64,000 bases of DNA, from positions 186,001 to 250,000 of the forward strand of contig CAUYUJ010000126.1 in the NCBI GenBank assembly GCA_963575745.1, read 5' to 3'. The translations under genes were made by a program, and so were the position numbers. Origin of the DNA: Prorocentrum cordatum (taxonomy: Eukaryota). The notes beneath the pieces are model-generated. The model worked only from the letters and a program-made list of their open reading frames with translations. It ran no database searches and was not told the origin of the DNA. This document shows positions 35,273-48,480 of this stretch, piece by piece; the first letter of the stretch is position 1, and every line of letters starts with the position of its first letter.

Positions 35273-36174
35273 GAGTAGATTGGGAAACACAGGAAGGAGG
35301 AAGCGGGAAGTGCACAGAGGAGGGAGACGATTCTCAGAAATTTGTTTTCGAACCTTCGGGGTGCGTATGTCCATAGGTATCCGTTGTGATATTTCGGAGA
35401 GCTCGCGTATGCTGCATTTGATCGTGATGGTGCTGTACGTGCTCGTGCTTTTCATCGTTTTTTTGTTCTGCGCTTCCCGTTCATGTCAGGAAAGGTTCAC
35501 ATTGACGGTGGTAGTAATGATGCTGCTGAGGGAAAACGGGTGAGTAGGTGTGAGGATTGCACAATCTGTCCACGGAAAACAACAACCCATTCAGGAAGTG
35601 GGGAGAAGTCGATGCAGGGTCGGCTGCTGTAGTTTGCAAACGTTCGTTTGTTGTGCGATATGGGCTCTTGACGTGGCGCTCGCACCAGCAAATTTGGTCG
35701 GTTGAAGAAGGCGTGTGTTGTTCGGCAGCGCGGTGTTCCCAAATGTAACAGGTTGCAGGCGCGTCCTGCCGGCGCAGGGAAACTCGCCGAGCCGGTTGAA
35801 CCAAGGCTGACTGAGTTGGCCGATCTTGCCGAAAATATGAATGGCATCTCGCCGTTGCCACTGGCATGTTTGTGCGTCCGGGGGCCACGCGGCGGGCAAG
35901 CCAGCTAGTGAAGATTGAGACATGGTGCGGGACATGCTCGTTGGCGAAGGTGGTTCAGATCGCCGCTATCGGTGAAAGCATATGCCAGGTGCATGGTCAC
36001 GCGCCCGCCTACAATCCCGCGGCGCAAGCTGCTGACATCGATGCGATTCGCATGCCCGCCCTATAACCTCATGAAGCAATTAAGGACCCCCTGCCCCCCT
36101 CCGGCGAAACGATATCCCCCCCGCACCTGGAAGCGTTAACTCCGGCACCTGCGGCTAGGAGGAGGAGGAAGCAC

Positions 36175-37612
36175 ATCGCCTGAGACATCCTCGTATTTCT
36201 TGATAGAATTCGCCAAATCGCCTGAGACATCCTCACATTTCTTCATAGACTTGGCCAAATCGCTTGAGACATCCTCATATTTCTTAACAGAATTGGCCAA
36301 ATCGCTTGAGACATCCTCAGATTTCGTACGAGAATTAGCCAAATAGTTTGAGACGTCCTCACATTTCTTACGAAAGTTGGAAAAATCGCTTCAGAAATCT
36401 TCACATATCTTAATACAATTGCCCAAATCGCCTGAGACATCAACGCATTTCTTAATAGAATTGGCCAAATCGCTTGAGACGTCGTCGCATTTCCGAGTAG
36501 AACTTGCCAAATTGCTTGAGACACCCTCACATTTCTTAACAGAATTGGCCAAATCGCTTGAGACGTCCTCACATGTCTTAATAGAATTTGCTAAATCGCC
36601 TCAGACATCTTCACATTTCTTAATAGAATTTGCCAAATTGCTTAAGACATCCTCGTATTTCTAAATAGAATTGGCCAAATCGCTTGAGGCATCCTCACAT
36701 TTCTTAGTAGAATTGGCCAAATCGCTTGAGACATCCTTACATTTTTTAGTAGAGTAAACGAAATCGCTTGAGACATCTCACATTTCTTAGCAGAATTTGC
36801 CACAGCGCTTGAGACATCCTCACATTGCTCAATCCTTCTCCTCCTCCTTCCCCCTCCCCCTCCTTCCCCCCCAGCTCGCCTTTTCATTGTCCTGGCAATA
36901 TTAGGGCAACCTTTCCGTGCTCAGGAGAGTTCCTGCCTGTGCCTGCCGCCCTTTTCAGAACTCAAGCGTTCAGTTTTCAGATAGGATTGGCCAGATCGCT
37001 TGAGACGTCCTCACATTTCCAACTAGAACTTGCCAAATTGCCTGAGACATCCTCGCAATTCTTATCAGCATTTGCCAAATCGCTTTAGACATCCTCACAT
37101 GTCTTAACAGACTCAGCCAAATCGCTTGAGACATCCTTACATGTTTATTAGAATTGGCCACGCCGCTTGAGACATCCTCGCAATTCGTATCAGCATTTGC
37201 CAAATCGCTTGAGACATCCTCATTTCTTAACAGACTTGGCCAAATCGCCTGAGACACCCTTACACGTCTTAGTAGAAGTGGCAAAATTACATCCGACATG
37301 CTCATATTTCTGAATAGAATTTGTCAAATCGCCTGAGACATCCTCACATATCTTAGCCGAATTAGCCAAATGACATGAGACATCCTCATACGTCTAAATA
37401 GAATTGGCCAACTCGCTTGAGCCATCCTCACATTTCTTTGTAGAATTGGCCAAATCGCTTGAGACATGCTTACATTTCTTCATAGAATGAACTAGCCAAA
37501 ATCGCCTGAGACATCCCCACGCTTCTTAATAGAATTGGCCAAATCGCTTCAGACATCCTCACATTTCTTAATAGAATTGGCCACAACGCCTGAGACGTCC
37601 TCGCAATTCTTA
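36175..37612 (+). repeat. 42-bp tandem satellite (two blocks split by a CT-rich spacer at ~36830-36980)
   Basis: Consensus gagacatcctcacatttcttaatagaattggccaaatcgctt in head-to-tail copies. Confidence 0.95.
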
Positions 37613-38099
37613 AGAAAATGTGCCTACTCGTTTACTCGCACTCGTACTCTTATTCGTATTCCTACTCCTATTCCTATACTCCTAGTCCAACTCCAATTCC
37701 ACCTCCCTCTCCTCCTACTCCTACTCCAACTCATACTTCTACGAGCCTCACGACTCCTGCGCGGCCCAGGGAACCCCATAAGAATTTCAGATGGCCAAGA
37801 GGTTCCAGAAAAATCCAAGACGGTCCAAGACGTATCGCAAGGGGTTATCATAGCAGGGCCCTGGAGATGCCTTCAGCCAATGGCCCCTCGCCTTCCCTCA
37901 GTGGCCACGGCCTTTCAGGGCCCAGGGAGCTCTTATTCTCAGAGGCCTTCGGCCGATCCGCCTGACCTCCTCCCCCATCGGGGTCCAGGGCCTCTCAGGG
38001 CCCAGGGAGCTCTTATTCTCAGAGGCCTCCGGAGGCAGTAGTCCAGGTACTGGCAGGAGTCCAGGTACCCAGAAAGAAGCAGTGGCGCCTTATAGTTGT

Positions 38100-39260
38100 T
38101 GTAGAAGTGGCCACGTCGCCTACGACATCCTCGCATGTCTTGGTAGAATTGGCAAACTCGCTTGAGACATCCTCGCATGTCTTAATAAAATTTGCCAAAT
38201 CGCCTGAAACATCAGTTGTTCCTTGGGCCTCTCAGCCATGTCATGGTTGTCAGGAGTAACTATCTACCATTGGTGTCTTCCGACGATTACGGCGACGACG
38301 AGCACGACCTGGCTGTCGCACTGATATTTTTTTGGCCGGGTGCTAAGATAACGCCACGGTGCGGGGCGGGGGCGATACCCTCAGGTGGACCACCCCCTAC
38401 GACACCCGAAAAAAACGCATGTCTCTGAAGGATTTCCAATAGAAGCCTCATTGGTGGAAAAAAAAAAAAAAAAAAAAAAAAAAACTGATCAGAACAAAGA
38501 GTAGACAAGGAAGAAAAAATCGCTTGAAACATCCTCACATCTCTTAGTAAAATGGCACAAATCGCCTGAGACATCCTCGCACTTCTTCGTTAGAATTAGC
38601 CAAATCGCGTGAGACATCCTCACATTGCCTAACAGAATTGTCCAAATCGCCTGAGCACCCTCACATTTCTTATTCGAGTTGGCCAAATCGCTGGAGACAT
38701 CCTCACATGTCTTAATAGAACTGGCCAAATCCCTTGAGACATCCTCACATTTCTTCTTAGTCTTCGTTCGTATCTTCGTTCGTTTTAGTCGTATCCTCAT
38801 TCGTAGGCTGCGAGGGTCGCTGCTTTGTTCGGAGTACCTCGGTTATCATGCGTTCTCTTCTGCTTATTATTATTCTTATCTTGGTTCGTATCTTCGTATC
38901 TTCGGCGACGACGAGCACGATCTGGCTGTCACACGGATATTTGTTTTGGCCGGGTGCTAAGATAACGCCACGGTGCGGGGTGGGGGCGATACCCTCGGGT
39001 GGACCACCCCCTACGACGGCCGAAAAAAACGCATTTCTCTAAAGGATGTTCAATAGAAACCTCATCGGAAAAAAAAACAAGCGGATCATAACAAAGAGTA
39101 GAGAAGGAATAAGAAGAAATCATTTGACACATCCTCACACATCTTAGTAAAATGGCACAAATCGCCTGATACATCCTCACACCACTTCTTAGAATTAGCC
39201 AAATCGCTTGAGACATCCTCACGTTGCTGAATTGTCCAAATCGCCTGAGCACCCTCACAC
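38100..39260 (+). repeat. Higher-order repeat: two copies of a ~200-bp module, each followed by 42-bp satellite units
   Basis: cggcgacgacgagcacga.ctggctgtc...ggtggaccaccccctacgac at ~38290 and ~38903, each followed by an A-rich stretch and gagacatcctc units. Confidence 0.85.
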
Positions 39261-40474
39261 ATCGCGTAGCATCACGGTAGCAGTAGCATCACGGTAGCAG
39301 TAACAGTAGCATCACGCCATCAGGTTTCATCGTCATCACGGTAGCAGTAACAGTTACGGTGCCAGCAGTACCTGTGACACTCGCCTTATTATTATTGTTC
39401 TTATTCGTATGTTCATTCGTATTATTATTCCGATTTCAATTCCAATTGGGATGCCATCCGAGGCGGGACGCAGGAATTATTGACTTTCCTTTCAAGTGCG
39501 CAGTGCTAATTATATCGTTCGGCGAAAACCCCCCAGAATAATTATCTAATTACGGGGCGGTGCTAATGATAACCCCGGGGGGGATTTGCATGCTTGCCTG
39601 TTCGCACGCTGCGACGGAATGCGTCTTTTCAATGTCGGATCAGTCAGTAGATAGATGCTCAAATTCTGGCATGGCGTTTCTTGTTCAGCACGGCGCCAGG
39701 CTGCTGAACAAGCATCCACATGCAATGGCTCGATGCCCGACCTTGCCCTTTCCGAGCTTAATCACAGTAGCGCTGGGCGGTGGGCAAGAACTGGAAAACG
39801 CCCGTTGGCTCCGCCGCTCGAGCTGGAGCGGCCATGCATCCCAGGCGGCCGGAGAAAAGAAAATGCGCTCGGGCGATATACTCGAATCATTGAGGCGGCG
39901 TGCAGCCCAATCACTTTGCTGCGGAACCCGGGCGCACGTGGAACTATCGCGGCGCAGCGCGAGACGCCATGGAAGCACGCGCCAGTTCGGCACGACAGCA
40001 TTGAACCATATTGATGTGAGTGCTCTTTCCTCTTGACGTAGCACACCGCCGCCGACCTTGCGACACTCGGAACACGGTGTAATTTATCCTCTTGCGCAGG
40101 GTAGGGTGTCTAGGGTTCCGACCATTTTACTCCGCGTCGCCCCGCGCACCCCCCCCTGCACAATTACACAATATGAAAATACTCTCCCACTTCCCCTGAT
40201 GGCGTCCGGAAGATATTCGGCACCCCCCCGCGTACTGTTTTTTTACACACAGGATTCCCCGGAGTTGGGTTTTCGCTTGTGTTTTTTTCTAAAATGCTGC
40301 TCTCGCTGAGGCGCCGGCCTCATTTCTGCTCCCGAATCGTTCCGAATCGTGCTCCCGCTCCAGCGTGGGCCTCATTTTCGGATCGGTGTTTGGCCTCCGT
40401 CGTTCAGGATGGCGTTCTCGCCCCAGCGCGGGCCTCTTTCTCGCGCGCCCATCCGCCCGCCACCACCGCGCCGC

Positions 40475-40710
40475 ACCACCACCACCACCACCACCACCAC
40501 CACCACCACCACCACCACCACCACCACCACCACCACCACCACCCACCAGCACCAGCACCAGCACCAGCACCAGCACCAGCACCAGCACCAGCACCAGCAC
40601 CAGCACCAGCACCAGCACCAGCACCAGCACCAGCACCAGCACCAGCACCAGCACCAGCACCAGCACCAGCACCAGCACCAGCACCAGCACCCACCACCAC
40701 CACCACAACC
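40475..40710. repeat. (CAC)n followed by (CAGCAC)n microsatellite
   Basis: Direct runs at 40475-40545 and 40545-40690. Confidence 0.95.
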
Positions 40711-42804
40711 ACGCACACACGCACGCACGCACGCACGCGCACCACCACCCACTACGCACGCGCGCGCGGAGCCACAGGTCCGCTACGACACGCGTCCGCG
40801 GATAGAGAAAATCAGCGCCATGGTAAGGGATGGGAGGGAGGGGTAGGACGTCAGATATGACGCGAGCGCACCTAGCTTGTCCGACCCCCCTCCAACCCTT
40901 CCCCGGCGGTCCCCAGGTGCCCAGTGGAATTTTGCCCAGCGCCCCCCCCCGCCCCGACCATCCTATTCCGCGTCGCACCGCGCCCGCGCCCCCCCCCCCC
41001 TTCGCCCCCATCCCGCCCCCCCCCCTCTTGCCCGACCCGCCCGCCCCCCCCCACACCTCGCGCCCCCCAGTGGGAACTCCGCCCAGTGCCCCCCCTCAGC
41101 CCGCCCTCAGCTCTGCCCCCAGCGGCCCCCTTGTCTCCCCCGCCCCTCTGTCCCCAGCAGCCGAATGCCCCCTCCGCCCCGACCGCTTTATTGCGCGTCG
41201 CCCCCCTTCCCCCGCCTTCAGTTCTGTCCCGTCGCGGCGCGGCACCGGCCCCCCTTCCGCAGCCCCTTATGCGCTCTCCGCACACCTCCCCCAACAGCCA
41301 GCGCGCCCCTGCGCCCCGGCCGCGTCTTCGCGGAACCGCACGGCACCGGTCCCCATTCCGCCCCGACCAATTTATTATGTTGCACCGTTGTGTTTTAGAG
41401 CTCGGACTTCTTTCTTTTCGCCGTCGTCGTTCGTTCGTTCGTCGTTCGTCGTCGTCGTCGTTGTTCGTTCATTCGTCGTTCGTCCTCCCCCCGTTGGCCC
41501 CCATGGTCTCTTGCCCTGGACCCAGCCCTCCCCCTTGCCTTTGCCCTGGACCCAGCCCCCTCCTTCGCCCTTCCCCCCTTGCTCCCCTGACCCCCCCCTG
41601 GCCTCCCTGGCCTCCCTGGCCCCCTGGCCTGGCCCTGGACCCAACCCTCCCCCCTGCCCTTGCCTTGGACCCAGCCCCCATCGCTCCTCCCCCTGGCCTC
41701 CCTGGCCCACTCGTTCGTCCTCTCCCCTGCCCCCCTGGACTTGCCCGCTGTGTAGTAGGGCTCGGACATGTCTATTATCTTGCACTCGGACCTCTTTATT
41801 TTCGTTCGCCGTTCGCTCGTCGTTCGTCTTTTTTCGCCCCCCCCCAGCCGCGGAAGGAAGTTCCTGGAGGAAGGAGGCGAAAGCTTCCTGTCCTTCGCAG
41901 CTCTTCGGTGCGAGAGCCAGGGCACGAGCGCCACCTGTTTGGGCGCAGCGGGAGCAGCATGCTCATTCCATGCGCCAGAGCAGTTGCCAATATTACCATG
42001 GCCGAGCGCGAGTATTGTCCACGAGCCTGCCCGCCCCCACCCAGCCAACACTCACTGATAACGGGGGCACATCCTTGAAGGGAGGCGCCCAAAAAAGGCG
42101 AGAGGGTATCTTCGAATCCGGTTTGGTGATCGAACATGTATGTGTTATTGCGTTCGTGATTCATGTATGCGAAACAAAAGGTCTGCAATATCTTCATAGT
42201 CTCTCATTGTTGTTCTGCACGTCTCTCTGTTTTGTCTCTCCAATTTCCCATCTCCTAAGATGGGGTTGTTGTTATTACTTGGACGCCTCCTACTCCTCCA
42301 TCTTCCTCTTCTCCTCCCCTCTCCTCCTCATACCCAGACTTCCTCATACACAGACTGACTCACACTCAGACTTACTCATACCCAGACTTACTCACACACA
42401 CACACACACACAAAATTACCTATACGACCACCCTGCGGGTGATAAGGAGGTTGTGGGGGGGTGGGGGGAGGGGGGTGGCTCATGACGACAAGCGGGCAAC
42501 CGACGGGACAACGTGGGCTACCAGCTGGCAACCGGCGGGCAACCGACGGGACAACGTGGGCTACCGCTTGACAAGGCCGGGGGGGGGGGAAACATTTGTG
42601 TTGGTGGACCCCTAGCGACAGCAGAGTGAATTCCTCTCGCTGGCCCACGCAGCTTCGCCTCGCCCGCACGCACGGCACGAGCACGAACTCGAAACTCGAT
42701 TTCCCGGTGGGGGGACTCCGTTACACTGCGATCTCACCCCCCAACTTCCGACTCATACTCAGACCTACTCCTACTCAAACTTACTCATGGTGAGACTCAC
42801 GCAC

Positions 42805-43270
42805 GCCCCGTTCGCGGCCGTTTTGTGGGGAGGATGTCTCAGGCGGGGCGCTGGCTTCAGCCCCCCTAAGGGGAGCCGCCAGGAGTGTTTTCACGGTCCC
42901 GTTCGCGGCCGTTATGTGGAAATGTCTCAAGCGGTTTGCTTGTTTTCTGTCCCAACATCCTTCGCTTTCGGAGCAGATTTGGAGGATGTCTCAAGCGAGG
43001 CGCTCATTTTCAGCATCCCTAAGGGGGGGTGTTTTCACGGTCCCGTTCGCGGCCGTTTTGTGAGAATGTCTCAAGCGGTTTTCCCGTTTTCTGTCCCGAC
43101 ATCCTTCGTTTTCGGAGCAGATTTGGAGGATGTCTCGAGCGAGGCGCTCATTTTCAGCATCCCTAAGGGGAGCCGCCAGGGGTGTTTTCACGGTCCCGTT
43201 CGTGGCCGTTTTGTGGGAATGTCTCAAACGGTTTGCCCGTTTTCTGTCCCAACATCATTCGTTTTCGGGC
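42805..43270. repeat. ~145-155-bp tandem repeat (about 3 copies) containing GGATGTCTCAAGCG
   Basis: ttcacggtcccgttcgcggccgtt at ~42889, ~43034 and ~43187, each followed by tgtctcaa and ttttctgtccc. Confidence 0.85.
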
Positions 43271-43445
43271 ATCAGGAGGCCACAGAAAGATTCAAGAGGC
43301 CACAGGATGTCCCAAGAGGCTCTAGGAGACCCCAGGAAGCTCCGGGAGGCCTCAGGAAGCCACAGGAGGCCCCAGGAGGCCAGAGGAAGCGCCAGGAGGC
43401 CTCGGAAGGCAACAGGAGGCCCCGAGAGGCCCCAGGAGCAGTCCC
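43270..43445. repeat. 10-bp CCAGGAGGCC-type minisatellite
   Basis: Repeated caggaggcc/caggaagcc/caagaggc. Confidence 0.75.
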
Positions 43446-43659
43446 AAGCGCCCAAATGGCTAGACGCGCATTCCCAGATCCCACTGACAATTATCCTTTG
43501 AGAAAAATGCACATATGGGGATCTCCACGCAGTGAGTAATTATCCGTAAGGGCTTCGCCCTCTGCCGCCGGCCCCCTCTCTCGGAGAATGGGCCATGGAA
43601 GAGCGAAGTCATGCGGCTTTGGCATTGCCGTGAAGCAGTGTCGGGACATATTTGTTGTT

Positions 43660-44244
43660 CGACCTTGACCCTGCCGATCTGTGTGAGGGGTGCCGCCGAA
43701 TTTCAGACATGTGGCAAATCCCTTATGTTTTTGGACCCTGACCCTACGGATCTGCGTGAGAGGTGCCACGGGTTTTTGGACCCTGACCCCGCCGATCTGC
43801 GTGAGGGGTGCCACCGAATTACAGAAATGTGGCAAATCCAATGTGTTCTTGGACCCTGACCCCGTCGATCTGCGTGAGTGGTGCCACCGAATTTCAGAAA
43901 TGTGGCACATGCCCTATGTTTTTGGACCCTCACCCCGCCGATCTGCATGAGGGGTGCCACCGGATTTCCAACATGCCGCAAATACCTTGTGTTTTTGGAC
44001 CTTGACCCCGCCGATCTGCGTGAGGGGTGCCACCGAATTCCAGAAATGTGGCAAATCCCATGTGTGTTTCGACCCTGACCCCGCCGATCTGCGTGAGGGG
44101 TGCCACCGGACTTGAGAAATGTGGCAAATCCCATTTGTTTTTGGACCCTGACCCCGCCGATCTGCGTGAGGGGTGCCACCGAATTTCAGAAATGCGGCAA
44201 ATCCCTTGTGTTTTGGACCCTGTCCCCGCCGATCTGCGTGAGGG
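43660..44244 (+). repeat. 73-bp tandem satellite, about 8 copies
   Basis: Consensus ggaccctgaccccgccgatctgcgtgaggggtgccaccgaatttcagaaatgtggcaaatcccatgtgttttt with 72-73 bp spacing and one shortened copy. Confidence 0.95.
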
Positions 44245-45536
44245 ATTGAAATTTTTACCCTCCCAGGAATTCTGAGAACCTTCCCGGGGGACGCTAACCA
44301 GGGCAGCTTTCGGCACCCCCCCTCGCGCGGACAGTAGCAATTTACAGTTTGAAGCAGAAAGCAGTACTGTAACAATGGAAACTGGAAACTGGCACTGGCA
44401 CAGGGAGCAGCAAGCTTAACCCTCGCAGCCTGATGGCCCCGCAAGGGGGCCGGCGGATCTCTCTTTTTTGTTTCTCTCTTTCTCTCTCTCTCTCTCTCGC
44501 TCACGCTCTCTAGTCCTCCCCCCCTTCCGTAGACGTCCTCTCTTTCTCCCTCGTTCCATCCCTTTTCTCCTTCTCTTTTTCTATCTCTCTCTCTCTCTCT
44601 CTCTCTCTCCCCGTCTCTCCCCCAGCATGGCGGCACACCGTCCCGCCCTCGTTTCTCCCTCCCCTGCTCCGCACGTTTGGGAGGACGGCGGGCGGACACG
44701 CACGCTCGCTTCTGTGGCGCCGCTTAGCAGGTCAGTGCACCAGGCACTGCCAGCGGTGCGTTCGGACTGCACGTGGCCGAGCAGGTCGGCGCGGCGCACG
44801 GAAAAGCCCCACCTCCGTCGCGTTCGCCCCGCCCTTTCCTCACCCGATCGGCCGTGCGATTCGTTTCCTCCCGTTGCGGGCCCCACCTCCATGTCGCCCA
44901 CCGCTTTGCTCCCTCGCTTCCGTCTCCGCTCACGCCCTGCTTCCTCGCCCCCCGCCACCCGTTTGCGCTCGCACGTGTCGTGGTTCTCGCTTCTGCGTGG
45001 GAAGTGAGGTCACAGCATCTGCGTGCGAAAGCGTGCTATCGTCTGCTCGTGGCATGCACGGTTGTGTTTGTTCACGCACGCCTGCTTTGTGTTGATGCAC
45101 ACACGTCGTAACGACTCCAGGATGCGGTTTGTCCTGCCGTCGGGCCAACTTCGGGCGGCTGCGAAGCGAGCGGTTCAGAACCAGACCCGCCCCCTGGATT
45201 GAAGTGGGGGTCTGGGGTTCGAACCTTCCCCCCCCCCCTCTCTCCCCGTCCTCGTGCCGGCGCCGGCGTCGGCGGCGGCTGGCGGCGGCGGCGGGGAGCG
45301 TCGATGAAGACGACGTTTTCGTTTTCTGGGCCGGCGGCGGCGCCTGCGGCGGCTGGCGGCGGCTGCGGGAACCGTCGACGAGGACGACGGCGACGACGAC
45401 GACGACGCTCCGCCACGGTGCCTTGGTTTTGGGTCAGAGTCCTAATGGATGCCTCCTGGGTTTTCGTCTGAGGGCTGCCGGGGGCTTCTAAAGGGCATTT
45501 GTGAAGCCTCTTGGGCGTCGTTTGGGGCCTCTCTGA

Positions 45537-47408
45537 GGTGGTGGTGATGGTGGTGGGTGGTGGTGGTGGTGGCCGTGGTTGTGGCGGCGGTGGCAGTGGT
45601 GGTGGTGGTGTGGTGGTTGGTGGTGGTGGTTATTGTGGTGGTTGTGGTAGCAGGCTGTGTTTGTGGAGGTTGTGGTGGTGGTGGCGGTGGTGCTGGGTTG
45701 TGGTGGTGGTGTGGTGGTTTCAGGTGGTGAGAATGATGATAATTATAATGGTGGTGGGTTGAGGTGGTGGCGGTGGTGGCGGTGGTGGCGGTGGTGGTTT
45801 GTCGTGGTGGTGGTGGTGGTAGTGGTTGTGGTGGTGGTGGGTTGTGGTGGTGGTTGTGGTGGTCTGCGGTGGTGGTGGTGGTGGCGTAATGTTTTTCTGC
45901 GGTGGTCGTGGTTTTGTTGGTGGGTGGTGGTGGTGGTGGTGGTGGTGGTGGTGGTGGTGGTGGTGGTAGAAATGGTGGTGGTTTGTGGTGGGTGGTGGTG
46001 GTGGTGGTGGGGGGTGGTGGTGGTGGTGGCGGTGATGGTGGCGGCTGTAGAGTGGTGATTTGTGGTCATGGTGGCGTTGGTGGCTGTGGTGGTGGTAGTT
46101 GTGTTGTGGTGTGGTTTGTGGTGGTGGTAGTGGTTTGTGGTCGCGGTGGTGGTGGGTTGTGGAGGTGGTGCTTGTGGTGGTGGTGGCGGTGGTGGTGGTG
46201 GTGTGGTGGTGTGGTGGTTTGTGGTGGTGGTGGCAGTGGTAGGTTGTTCTGGTGCTGGGATGGTGGTTGTGGCTGTGGTGGTGGTGGTGTGGTGGTTTGC
46301 GGTGGTGGTGGTGGTGGTGTGGTGGTTTGTGGTGGTGGTTGTGGTGTGGTGGTTCGTTGTGGCTGTGGTGGTGGGTTGTGCTGCTGGTGGTGGCGGCGGT
46401 GGTTGTGGCGGTCGTGGTGTTGGTGGTGTGGTATATTGTGGTGGTTTGTGGTGGTAGTGGTGGTGGTTGTTGTGGAGGTGTGGGGGTGTTATGGTTGTGG
46501 TGGTGGTGGTGGTTGTGTAGTGGTTTGTGGTGGTGGTGTTGGGTTGAGGTGGTGGTGGTGGTGGTGGGTTGTGGTGTTTGTGGTGGTGGTGGTTGTGGTT
46601 GTGGTTGGTGTGGTGGTTTGTGGTGGTGCTGGTGGCGGTGGTAGGTTGTTCTGGTGGTGGGGTGGTGGTTGTGGCGGTGGTGGTGGTGGTGGTGGTGTTG
46701 GTGTTGGTGTGGTGGTTTGCGGTGGTGGTGGTGTGGTGATTTGTGGTGGTGGTGGTGGTGTGGTGGTGATTTGTGGTGGTGGTGTTGTGGTGGTGTGTGG
46801 TGGTCGTGGTGGCAGTGGTTGTGGCGGACGTGGTGGTGGTGGTGTGCTACATTGTGGTGGTGGTGGTAGTGGTGGTGGCTGTTGTGGTGGTGGTGGTGGG
46901 TTGTTGAGGTTGTGGTGGTGGTGGTGGCTGTGATGGTCGTGGTTGTGCGGTGGTTTGCCGTGGTGGTGGTGGGTTGAGGTGGTGGTGGTGGTGGTGGTAG
47001 TGGTGGTGGCGGTGGTGGTGGTGGTGGCAAGGTGGTTTGTACTGGTGGTGGTGGCGGGGTTGGTGGTGATTTTGGTGCTGGTGCTGGTGCTGGCGCTGGT
47101 GGGTGGTGGGTGGTGTTGGTTGTGGTGGTGGTGGTTTGGTGGTTTGTGGTGGTCGTGGTGGTGGTGGGTTTTGGTGATGGTGGTAGTGGTGACGGTGGTG
47201 GTGATGGTGGTGGTGGTGTGGTGGTTGGTAGTGGTGGTTGTGGTGGTGGTTGTGGTGGGTTGTGGTGGTTGTTGTGGTGGTGGTGGTAGCGTTTTTGGTG
47301 GGGGTGGTTATGGTGTAGTGGTTTGTGGTGATGGTGGTGGTTGTGGTGGTGGTGGGTTGTGGTGGTTGTGGTGGTGGTGGTGTACTGGTTTGTGGTGGTG
47401 GTGGTGGC
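45537..47408. repeat. Long degenerate (GTG/TGG)n microsatellite field
   Basis: About 1.9 kb of ggt/gtg/gtt triplets. Confidence 0.95.
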
Positions 47409-47939
47409 CGTCGGGTCTTTCCGCCACAGTGTTTTCCTTTGGGTCAAAGTTTCAACGGATTCCTTTGAGGTCTCGTCAGACCCGTCTCGGGGGCGTCTGA
47501 GGAGCATGTGTGAAGCTTCCTGGACCTCCCTCAGGGCCTCTCGGTGGCTTTTGGGGGGCGAGGGCTCGATATGGCGCTTTATGTTTTCCTTCTGCGGCCT
47601 CTTGGCCCTCTCTGGTCATCGTTCCTGCGTCCCCGCCGTCGGCGCTGCTGGCCGTTGGCCGCCGCCAGCGCCGCCGTCGCTGGCGTCAGCGCCGGGAGGG
47701 GGGGGTTGAACCCCCCCCCGTACCCTCCCTGAGCCCTCTCCCCGTACACTCCCGCCGTCAGCGCTGCTGGCCGCCGCCAGCGCCGTCGCTGGCGCCAGGG
47801 GGGGTGTTTTGTGGAAGGGGGTGGGCTAGGGGGGAGTGGAGTCCCCATGGTTCTGATCGACGGCGCGTGTGTTTGGCGGAGGGCGGGTTCGAAACGCGCC
47901 GCCGAATGTTCCCAAGGCAAGCGCCCGTGAAACGCGCTC

Positions 47940-48480
47940 GCTCTTATGTATCTACATTTGTAAGGATCACGTTGGGCCGAACAGAGCCATTTATGTATTT
48001 ACATTTCGTAAGGAATTGAGCATCTACGACTATATCCCCCAATCTTTCGCACACCACTCTTCCATCTTCGCCGAGCTTGTCAAAGGCGAGTTGCACCGAC
48101 TAACGTTGACAAACGCGAAGGAAGACGATTCCAGCAAAAGGTATTGTTATTCATGCATAACCTGAGAGCACGAGGCTACAACATGAGGCGAGTAGGCCAG
48201 ATAGTAAGTAGTTTCAAATTCGACCAGCGGCGGAATACGATCCCCAACGTGTCTGGTAGGGGCAGCATCAGACGTAGGAGTAAACGATCTCTTGTGCACG
48301 ACTTCGGTGTCACCTTCACCTACGCCCAGGGTTTGGAAAGAGTCCGTCCTCCGACGGCTTCCCGAAAGGCAGCCCAGATCTTGTCTGAAAGGTTGGGGGG
48401 GCCAGTGAGGGCCCGCCCACGGTTCGGAGTAGGCAGGAAAATGTTCAGGCGTCTGTATAGGCACACGTGGCAGGGTAAGG
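47940..48480 (+). mobile_element. Penelope-like element, 3' fragment (RT thumb/C-terminal region)
   Basis: TFRKELSIYDYIPQSFAHHSSIFAELVKGELHRLTLTN, then a frameshift, then LRARGY. This matches the PLE pattern YRK..N.Y.YIP..S.H.......KGEL.R...NS...L..RGY. The segment ends MFRRLYRHTW. Confidence 0.7.

Noticed and set aside
36175..39260. The minus strand of the 42-bp unit (ctcaagcgatttggc) resembles the junction of tandem dinoflagellate spliced-leader relics (CTCAAG-CCATTTTGGC)
   Set aside because: Only a short, permuted, imperfect match. No contiguous TTTTGGCTCAAG and no SL RNA gene features were seen.
36175..44244. 42-bp and 73-bp arrays as CRISPR arrays
   Set aside because: The units are head-to-tail with no unique spacers, there are no cas genes, and the context is eukaryotic repeat DNA.
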